Shown in pieces: positions 11,037 to 20,000 of a stretch of DNA of 20,000 bases (the first letter of the stretch is position 1; every line of letters starts with the position of its first letter). The stretch spans positions 48,054 through 68,053 of the forward strand of contig JADIIX010000121.1 of the NCBI GenBank assembly GCA_027604505.1, in the 5' to 3' direction. The position numbers were made by a program, and so were the translations under genes. A model generated the notes under the pieces. The model was not told the DNA's origin. It saw only the letters and a list, made by a program, of their open reading frames with translations, and made no database searches. The stretch comes from Gonapodya sp. JEL0774. Its lineage: Eukaryota.

Positions 11037-14000
11037 TTATTCAGAGCTAACCCGAAAATTAGGGTGCATCACCTCCCTCACAGAATCTGCTTGGTCTTTT
11101 CCAGTTTCCTTTTCCATCTGTTCCCACGCCCACCTCACCACCTCTTTGCTGACCCGATTCTCCCTCCTTCCTTTGCCCACCAAGCCCATCACCCCCACCC
11201 ACGCTCGAACATTCGCTTTCTCTCCGACAACTTCCTCGTACTGTCCGCCCAAAAATTGGATCGCTTCTTTGATCGCGCCACATCTCGCCAAACACTCCGC
11301 ATAAGAAGCTGCAGCGTTTGCCGGAACATGTGATCTAATGTCAATCTCATACGCGGCGACAATATCCCGCCACAACTCTTGTGCTCGATCTAGAATGCCA
11401 ACGTGACCTAAAGCATCAAAAATAATGGCAAGAGAGGCAACAGATAGGTTGCAGAGCGATCTCCGAATAATGGAATTTCTGTTTGTCGGAACGCCAGTGT
11501 ACTGGGATTGAAGAATTGGAAAGCTGAGCTGCGACTCGCGGACAGATCCAGGTGTCCCTTGCAGCGTTTGACTAGTTCCCTTTGCAAAATTAACCAGTTC
11601 CTCAACCCATCGCATAACTCCATCCCGATCACCAGCTCTCGAGCTGGCATCCAGCACCGCAGAGATGCACCTCTCGTCCGGATCAATGCCAAGAGTACGC
11701 ATACGCTTAAAATAAGTTACTGCGAGGTCAAATCGACCAGATTTCGCGAAAGCGTTGAGAAGTGTGGAGAAATGCGCTTGGTCGGGTTTTTGGCCAACTA
11801 CCAAATTGATATGGTACAGGTGGGACATGGGAGACGTTAGTTGACACTCAAAACCCATACTTGTAGCGTATCAAAACTGTTTCACTTACATTCCACCATG
11901 GCGCTGAATTCGTCAACGGCTTGATTCACATCCTCAAGAGTGACACCGACGTGGTGCATTCGAATCCTCCAAGCCACCGCATCTGGGATGTTGGCACTTG
12001 GATATGTCCAAGCGACAGAAGACAACCATACGTCAGCAGGCCCAAGGTTTCGAGGAAACGGTATTGCTGATGCTTCTGAAGAAGAAGGTACAGGGATCGG
12101 TTCCAGCTCCGCAACCAAGGCTGGGCGTGCTAGCATGAAAGCATAAACGGAGTTGACTGTCTTGTCATCCGGAATCTCCGGGTCCAAATCTTCCCTTCGT
12201 GATGCGTTCCTTTTCTGCAACCAAACCCAATATCTGTTCCACCACAGCTGGACGCCGATCCCATCTTCAATTGCAACACATGCTGCTACCACATTCGCAA
12301 ATGCTATCTTATCCACTGTCTGTGCGGTCCACGACCTCTCCATCGCCGGAATGGCCCACGATCTTAATCCTCCTCCGTCCTCGGCCACAGCAAACAACCC
12401 ACACGCAGTGGTTGCCAACATTGTATCAATCCGCTCAACTCCAACACGCCCTAACGCTTCCGTCAAATACGCAGCAGCTTTGTGAGCTCCGTGTTGCATC
12501 ACTACTGCCCGCGTTATTGAGTTCACTACCACAGGATCTCCATCGACACCACCTTCCTTGGCAACCACAATCGCCCCATCAATATCCCCTTTAACCAAAT
12601 GGGCGCCCACCAAATGAGTCCAGCTCATCTCATCAGGTCCACCGACTTTTTCCATCTTCGTAATTACGGCACGGGCACCTTCCACATCACCTGCACGCGC
12701 GACACCGTCAAGGGCCGCGTTGAGCGACCACAAATCCGGCTTCACTTGAGCACGCTTCATGTCACGAAGAATGGTCCTCGTCCACAACGCGTCAGCAGAC
12801 GCCGATGAAGATGAAGGTGTGCGCGATGCGAGTTGAATCAGCGAAGTGAAATACACAAGGTCAACCCGAGCACGAGAAGATAACAGGTATGCGTGCAAGG
12901 ACTTGACTGTCGTGATGAGCGCTGCTAAGTCTTTGCTCTGCTCTTGCTCCTTGTTTACCGGACCACCATCAGGTTTCAACTTCAGTCTCACGACGCCCAA
13001 AAATCTCGTTGCCATCGGTACCGCAACATCCCAGCCTTTCGCAACTGCCATGTCAATCCACTCCGCCGCTTCGTTCGCTCTCCCCCTCGCGATTGCGAAT
13101 TTGATCATGACTACAGCTGTCTCCGCAGAAGGAGCAACACTTGCACGCCGCATGGCTGCGAGCAAGGTTCGCACGCGGGCTGATCGGGCAGACGCAGGAT
13201 CCGATGTAAGCGTGCGGAGGATAGCAGTATACAGTGCGGCGGTGGGTGGTTGAGGAAGGTTCGCGATGAGGCGACGTGCGGCATGATATTCCGGGGAAGG
13301 GTCTGGAACGGTTGGAAGGAGGACAGACGGGTGTGAAAGAAAGTGGGCGAGATCAGCTTCTCTTGGATGCAAGGATGGATCGAGGCGCGAACGCAGTAGG
13401 AGTAGGCGAAGGGCGGATCCAGGACCCGTGGTGGGTGTCGTGGTGAAGTTCAATAGGGCATGACCAAGCGCCGCGAGATGAGGGGATGAAGGTGCAAATG
13501 CGGAGGATGGTGTGGAGAGTGCGAAGAGGGGAAGTGCTGATGGCCGCGGCAAAACAGCGTAATCGCCTCCACCAGCAGCATCAAGCCACCGCCCGAACGG
13601 TACCAGAAATAGTGTACAAGCGCGTTCGGGGTATCCACGGGCGGCAAACAACTGCACGAGGTGGTAAGCTGTGGATGATTGTCGAGGGGGGAGGGTCGGG
13701 AACTGGGGGAGGGCCCTGGATGGGGCGCTCGATCCAGGTGTAGTGTCAGATCGGGAGTCGCGCAGGGGAACAGTGAGACCAAGGAGTGTGACGGTGGATT
13801 TGCGAGCAGGGTTGCGTTGCTTGCTCGAAAGCTGGTGCCGGTGGAGGTACCCTTGTGGATTACCCTTATTATCCGCCAGTGGGTCGTGGCCTCCAAAAGC
13901 CACAACATCGGTACCACTCCTAACAACCCTCTCCATAGCCTCGCATGCAACCTGCCAGGCTTCTTGAGTTTCTTCCTGCCGCCCAGATTGCAGCAACGCT

Positions 14001-15389
14001 TGTACGAGGTAGCGCTCTGCAACCGCCAAATCAGCTTCGGTTATTGGGGAGCGGTGCACACCTCGTTTGGCGAAACCATCGAAAGAGTGGGTGTGAATCT
14101 CTTTCTCAGGGTCGTGGAGGGAGCGAGCCCAGGCGATGAGTTCGCGGAGCGCCGGTAGGCTCGGTGGAGTAACTTTAGCGAAGGCACTGGCGGCAGTAGC
14201 GAGTGGGAACGAACGGAAAGGGTTGGCAATAAGAAAGGGGAACGGTGTGGGGGGAAGACGTGGTGTGATAAGGTCGAGAAGTGGTTGGAGTGCTAGTATA
14301 CGTCGGAGGAGCATCAGGGAGAGTTCGGTGGAGCGAACAGTGGGGGTGAGCAGAGTGAACTTGACGAGGAGGAACTGGGGGAGGGTGGGGTGGCGAAGAT
14401 AGTGTGAGAGCATCGCTGGGGTGATTTCGGGTGGGAGCTTGGGGAGTAGGGATAAGTCTGCGAGAGGGTAGGAAGTCGAGATGGCCCTCACGGGCGAGGT
14501 TGGATTTTGGGGAGGGGTGTTCACCTTCTCGATCGGCGCCCGTCATATTCTCCACGGTTTTCAACCTCAATTCCCCTGACGTGTTCATTGAGATTTTATT
14601 TGAAGTAAGAGCGAGACGCAAGAGTCGTTCCATGTGATCGAGTCTGCCCATAGCGACTTGAAATGCTACTTCAATGTATCCAAACCAGAGAAGACGCGTG
14701 ACGAAAAATCTTGTGAGCGGAAATGCACGGCCGTGAGATTTCGCTCCCGCACGGGTGTCGGGTTTCGTTCGCTGATTGGTGTCAGGGCCGTCAGCCTGCG
14801 GCGAGAGGACTAATGGGTCGTCGTGCATCCGAGCCAGAGCACGCATGTACACCTCCATCGCCGCCACCACATCTCGCGAGTCACGGGAGAGAGCAGCAGC
14901 TATCTCTCGTTCCGGTTGCGTGCGCGGACTCGGAAGACGGTCTGATGAAGAGTCCGAATTGTTGGTGGTGTCCACCACCGGGTCTGCATGGAAATCGCCA
15001 TCTCCGCCTACAAGGATATTTTGAGCAGCTGCAGAAACGGAAGAAACAGGTATCGGATGTTCCAATCTCCCCTCGGGTCGGGATAAAATCGACCCATTAC
15101 GGACCAAACCAACTCCTGGATTATTTCTTGTGTCTCTCCGTCGCTCCGTCTGGTGCCTGACACCCCGGAGTCCCCGCTCGGACCTCTCCACTTTCTCCGT
15201 TTTATCTGTCCCATTTGCGTTATTCCTCAGCACATCTGCGCCGATCGCTTGCTGTTTTGTGAAAATTGTCCCACTGCGAAGCCCACGCTGTTCGTTCCCA
15301 ATTCGCGGTTCTGTGACCCTCCGCATCTCCAAAAAAGAGCCTCTTATGATTCTCCGAGCTGTGATTTCCTTCAGGCTGCATCGAATCAT
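11037..15389 (-). CDS. Pentatricopeptide-repeat (PPR) protein, ~1397 aa, probably mitochondrial. Exons 15389-14525, 14457-11890, 11797-11037
   Basis: Three ORFs join through introns 14524-14458 (GTGAAC..GCAG) and 11889-11798 (GTAAGT..ACTAAC..GTAG). PPR motifs include MKRAQVKPDLWSLNAALDGVARAGDVEGARAVITKMEKVGGPDEMSWTHLVGAHL and FGQKPDQAHFSTLLNAFAKSGRFDLAVTYFKRMRTLGIDPDERCISAVLDASSRAGD. The N-terminus is Arg-rich and presequence-like. Confidence 0.9.
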
Positions 15390-15911
15390 CGGGAACTCGC
15401 TGAGAATCTGAACCCATTGCGAAGAAGATGTCGTGCCACGTCATTCTCATTCTCATCGACCACTGGTACTACAGTGACACTGAAATCCTATAAATCATAT
15501 CTACGCCCATGTACTTTTAGTTTCACGTTACACATTTACGGCATTCAGACATCCCCACGTCCGCTCGTGTTTGATTACTAAACCACTTCCATCTCGCGTT
15601 CTCGAGTACGTTGATACTGCCCACCATATGTTCTTGATTTGGAAGGCAGGCGATGACATTGAGGAGCCTTGTTGATTCTGCAAAGGATTTTTCGAGTTTT
15701 ATGGCTCTTTCATCATTACGAATCCCCTCATATCTCTGCTCCTTCCGAGACCGAGCAAGAGATGATACACCAAGTTTCTAGATCCCTCTTATGGGTGGTC
15801 TGTGGAGAACTGTAAAAGAGATTTCGTTGTTGAAAAGTCGGCTTCGGGAGTACCAGTGCCGTACATATGCCGCCGCCGCACCAGAAAGAACGGAGCGATT
15901 CAAAATAAACG
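15390..15911. promoter_or_regulatory. Probable divergent promoter region between the PPR gene (-) and the TPR-like gene (+)
   Basis: Head-to-head start codons 522 bp apart. The spacer is AT-richer and has TATAAA at about 15489. Confidence 0.45.
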
Positions 15912-18900
15912 ATGGGCGGCTGCTTCAGCAAATTCGAGCCTACCACCGATGCCAAGGTGTCTCCGGCATCCCCTCCTATCGCGTCGAAACAATTGAAGCG
16001 TACCGAAAACGTCGAGATCCCCTCCGCCGATCCGCGATCGAGCTTCAACTCCAGTGCCATCCGTAATGTGTCGGCACCGTTCCTCGCACCGGGTATGCCC
16101 ATCGTGTCGCCCCCAAAGAGTGTTTTGCCCACGTCCTTGGACGAGGTGTACCCGTTCAACTTGGGGGAGTACCAACGGACCGACATTACAAGTACCTCTG
16201 AGGATGCAAAAACCTGGTGTAAACGAGGAATGTTGTGGGCGTATGCGTTCAATTCGGAGGAGTCTAGGTACAGATGTTCGTTATCCGGGTTTCACGCACG
16301 AGCGACCTCACACTAGGAATGTCACGTCCCAAGGTGGTGCTTCGAGAATGCCACCAAGTGTGATCCGAGCTGTGCACTCGCTTGGTGGGGCATAAGCTGG
16401 CAGTGCGGTCCTCATTACGTACGTTGTGACACAAAGCACTCGTTCAGTCAAAGCTTCAAACTTTATAACATCCCGTCTGGCCGCAGAACAATCCCTCCAT
16501 GGACCCAACCATGATCAGTCTCGCCCGCACATGCGCACAACGTGCCGCCGATCTCGTCCGCACCCCACCGAGCACGCACACCTACTCCCCTTTCGAGGTG
16601 GCCGTGTGCGAAGCGAAACTCGCGCACCACTGGGACCCAGTCACGGGGTCGACTCGGAGTACTGTGGAAGGGACAAAGGTGTTGGACTGGCTCTACGTCG
16701 CCAAGCTGCGTGCGATCTACGATAGGTACGGACCTCAGGATCCGGACGTTGCGTGCTTGGCAGCGGAGAGCTTGATGCTGTGCTATCCATGGAGGGTACG
16801 TGGCTTGTACCAAAGCTTGAACTGATGCGTATACACTACGCGCCAAGTAAGCTTTGTGTTTGTTTTGTTTAAGCTCTGGTCACCAGCGGGCGAACCCTCC
16901 CCAGTGACCCTCGAAGTCTTGGCGAAGTTCACCGCGGGGTTGGAATATACGCCCAAGCATCCGGGAATGTGCCATTACTCCATCCACGCGTGGGAGGTGA
17001 GAAGGATGGGCTCCAAGTTTCCTTGCTTTCGCGATCGGGTTCAGGACCCAACGCCTCACCTTCCCGAAACCGAACCCCGAAAACAACAAGATGTCCAACA
17101 CTCCCGAAGAATGTTTACCCAACGGAGACCGCCTGTAAGCTCCTCTTTCCCTCTCTCCCTCCCTCGGCGCGCCTCTCATACGATCTCCGCCGCCCCCCCC
17201 AAGCTTCACCATAGCCGCCGACTGCGGCCACCTCCTCCACATGGGGTCCCACCTCTCAGTCCAGTGCGGCCGCTACGCCGACGCGGTGCGGTACAACCTC
17301 GCGGCGGTGGCGGCCGATCGCAAGTACCTCGACTACGCCGTGCCCAGGGGGAGGGCGAGGGAGTACCCCGGGTTCGTGGCGCACGATGCGCATATGCTGG
17401 TGTGAGTGGGAGGATCTTTGTGTTGTGTGATGGGGGCGGGATTGAATTCTGAGCCCCGCCGGCTCCACACCACGGGCGTACGTCCTGCCCCATGGTGTGG
17501 CCCTCCAATTTCCTCTGTTCCCATGCCCCCATTGCCCTCATTCCCTTCCAGCTACTCTTCCCAAATGACGGGCCAGTACACCGTGGCCATCTCCGCCGCA
17601 CGGACCGTGGCGTCGTCCATCCCGTACGAGATGGTCCTCAAGGCAGCAGATCGGATCGAGACGTACGTGGCGACGCCGGTGCATGTGCTCGGTGGGTGAG
17701 ACGGGGTTCTTGTTTCTTTGTTTTTTTTTTGTGGGGGGGCGGGGGGGAGGGGGAGGGGGAGGGGGTGAGCGGGGGGCGGGGAACACGGGGTGTCGTGGTG
17801 CGGTGGTGTGTACACGACCGTGGTTTGGAAATTCCGTGCGGTTTTGAAGTAAATTCCGTACTGACCCGCGCGACTCTTTTTATCCATCCGCCCCCCCACC
17901 CGCGCCGGCCCGCCGGCCCACGTGCGTGCGTGCGTGCGTTTCGTGTTTTCCCTTTCCAGTCCGGTTCGGCAAGTGGGACGACATCCTTTCGGAACCCTTC
18001 CCTGCGGACCGGGAGCTGTACAAGGTGACGACGGCCACGCTCCATTACGGTGAGTATGAGGCGGAGGGAAAATGGCGCGACGGTTGTGGACATTTCCGGC
18101 GGTTCGACCAACACCAAAACAAATAACCAATTTAAAACGAATTAAAACTCCTTCCCTCTCTCCCCCAAAACCCCCTGTCAGGTCGCGCGATCGCCTTCGC
18201 GGCCCTCGACCGTGTTCCCGAGGCCGAAGCGGAGGAACAGGCGTTCGAAGAAGCGGTGAAACGAGTACCGCCGACGTGGGTGCACATTGGATGGGTGACG
18301 ATCAGGAACCTCATGGGTGGGTGGGTGGGGGTGGGGTGTCGATGGGGGTTCGGGGTATGGGGTATGGGGTATTGGTGCGGTTCGACTGTCGGGTCAGGAA
18401 CGAACGACGGAAGACGACCAAGGACGAAACGAACGAACGAACGAACGATCCTACTCACCAACTTTCTCTTGCAAAAAAAACCGTATTTACCGCTCACGCG
18501 TGATCTATCCCCCCAACCCCCCTACCTACCTTCCCCTTCCCCCAGTGGTCGCTCGGTTCATGATCAAGGGAGAGATCGCGTACCGGAAAGGGCAGCACGA
18601 ACAGGCGTTTGAAGAGCTGAGGAACGCGGCGTTCGCGTGTGAGAGGTTGACGTATGAGGTGGGTCACCCACCGCAATGTGGCAAGAGCGGCGGTGGCCCG
18701 AACCCACCGGTCGATACATTACGTGCGCGTGGTTCTGACATTTCTATTCTGGAAATTTTTTTTTTTTTGTTGTGGTGATCGCATGTCTGTTTGTCTAGGA
18801 ACCGTGGGCGTGGATGATGCCGCCGCGACACGCGTTGGGGGCGTTGTTGATCGAGGTGGGTTTCTGTTTGGGTTTCATCTTGTGTCTGTTGTTTCCAACC

Positions 18901-19265
18901 GGACCCACTTGACCGTCGCGTCACGCGTGCTCCCCACCGTATACGTCCAAAACAAAAAGCAAAACCGCTTTACGGAAGCGGAACAGGTGTACCGAGACGA
19001 CATGCGGCCCAAGTTCAACCCGGACAACGTGTGGTCTCTGACGGGGCTGAGGACGTGCCTGAAGCACCGACTGGCGAACAAGCTTGGAGATGCGAAGCAG
19101 ATCAAAGCGGAGCTGGAGGAGATCGAGGTGAAGCTGGCGGAGATGAAGAAGGCGGTTGAGAGAGGGGGGGAGGGGTGGATGATCGAGAAGAGCTGTTTCT
19201 GTGCACGTGCAGGTGCACGGGATGAGCGGGATGGAGGAGGAGGAGGAAAAGAGTGTTGCAGGTAG
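15912..19265 (+). CDS. Uncharacterised TPR-like protein, ~651 aa, 12 exons: 15912-16267, 16334-16418, 16487-16795, 16874-16996, 17091-17134, 17204-17401, 17552-17691, 17960-18049, 18182-18316, 18546-18658, 18799-18855, 18960-19265
   Basis: All 11 introns are GT-AG and the frame is continuous (1956 nt). The spliced protein resembles, from recall, an uncharacterised bacterial/fungal TPR family: YPFNLGEY, RGMLWAYAFNSEES.WCF..A..CDP.CALAWWG....GPHYN, HPGMCHYSIHAWE, GHLLHMGSH, VLVRFGKWDDIL, GEIAYRKG, YEEPWAWMMPPRHALGALL.EQ.R..EAE.VYR.D, PDNVWSL.GL, SCFC. Confidence 0.88.
17720..17790 (+). repeat. Poly-T followed by G-tract/(GGGGGA)n low-complexity run in intron 7; G-quadruplex-capable
   Basis: Sequence tttttttttt gtgggggggc gggggggagg gggaggggga gggggtgagc ggggggcggg g. 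Confidence 0.8.
17922..17939 (+). repeat. (GTGC)n microsatellite in intron 7
   Basis: gtgcgtgcgtgcgtgcgt. Confidence 0.8.
18317..18447 (+). repeat. Intron 9 simple repeats: (GGGT)n, (GGGGTAT)3 and (GAAC)n
   Basis: gtgggtgggtgggggtgggg; ggggtatggggtatggggtat (18352-18372); aacgaacgaacgaacgaacga (~18428-18448). Confidence 0.8.
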
Positions 19266-19439
19266 AAGGATGAAAGGAATATATTTCTGTATGAATTTAT
19301 GTTTTTGGGTTTGGTTTTTACATAAGGCGAGCTTGGAAATTTGATGTTTCAATGTGATAAATTCATTATTCCAGTACATAAGCAAAGTGGGTGAGATGAA
19401 GTGGAATGGGCAATACCATAAATATGACAGAGGATGTGC

Positions 19440-20000
19440 AGGGTGCAGGTGATGGGAGGACAGGGGGACAGAGGACAGGCAGCACACACACCAGACAGAG
19501 GTGAGTAGGAGAGGGAGAGAGACAGGCCAGGGGACAGGCGCAGTACACAGCCACAGTCTGCACTGCACTCCACCTCCACTCAACGGCCCAGTCAAGTCAC
19601 GGGATGGGATGGGATGGATGGATATGGATGATGTGGATGGATGGAGACCAAAGACCCCCCGTCCATGATGTCTGCACTACACACACACCACACCCGACTT
19701 GCAAACAAATCCACTATTTTATTACTTTCGGGTCTCTTCTCCCTCATTGGGCAAATCTGGGTGTCGGTGGACTTGGAAACGGGATGGCAATCGGGACGTA
19801 CACCCCCCCCCCCCTGATACACTGCTCAGTCATTTGCGGAAACGGTTGGAAACTTGGATGGCCATAGACTTTGTGCTCAGTCCCTGCTACGAGTATGCTG
19901 TGCTTGGAAAGGAGCCGTCTGTTTGCACGATCGATCACACACCATTCCAAACCTCGCCCCATTTCCACTTCTTCCCCCCCCCCCCCCCCACCCGCTCCCC
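19440..20000. repeat. Low-complexity intergenic tract: purine-rich GGACA units, (GGATG)n, CA runs and poly-C
   Basis: gggatgggatgggatggatggatatggatg at 19601-19643; C runs at 19803-19815 and 19974-19989. Confidence 0.65.

Noticed and set aside
14175..14524. Overlapping minus-strand ORFs suggesting a programmed frameshift or pseudogene in the PPR gene
   Set aside because: A canonical 67-nt GT-AG intron (14524-14458) joins the frames cleanly.
18352..18448. Short tandem repeats resembling telomeric or CRISPR repeats
   Set aside because: Only 3-5 copies with no spacers, inside a spliceosomal intron; these are ordinary microsatellites.
19266..20000. Possible gene or mobile element at the right end (minus-strand ORF 18921..19595 and others)
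   Set aside because: Translations are low-complexity products of simple repeats. No terminal repeats, transposase or RT motifs were seen.

Overview
Gene-dense, intron-containing eukaryotic DNA. Short GT-AG introns with CTRAY-like branch points and the gene content suggest a fungus, probably early-diverging (chytrid-like); this is an inference. Six protein-coding genes could be spliced by hand: (1) 3' part of a UDP-glucose 4-epimerase (+); (2) a ~1520-aa Pro-rich/TPR protein (-); (3) a peptidyl-tRNA hydrolase 2 (+) with an uncertain 5' end; (4) an 8-exon RBR E3 ubiquitin ligase (-) that appears to carry an N-terminal SAM-like domain; (5) a ~1400-aa PPR protein, probably mitochondrial (-); (6) a 12-exon TPR-like protein (+) with an N-myristoylation motif and clustered His motifs. 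No rRNA, tRNA, transposon or CRISPR array was recognised. The most notable observations are the SAM-RBR fusion, G/U-rich-5' versus C/A-rich-3' self-complementary introns in the last gene, its His-cluster/acylation combination, a sharp GC3 shift across the window, and an unresolved 6680-8000 region. All gene models are manual and need RNA-seq confirmation.
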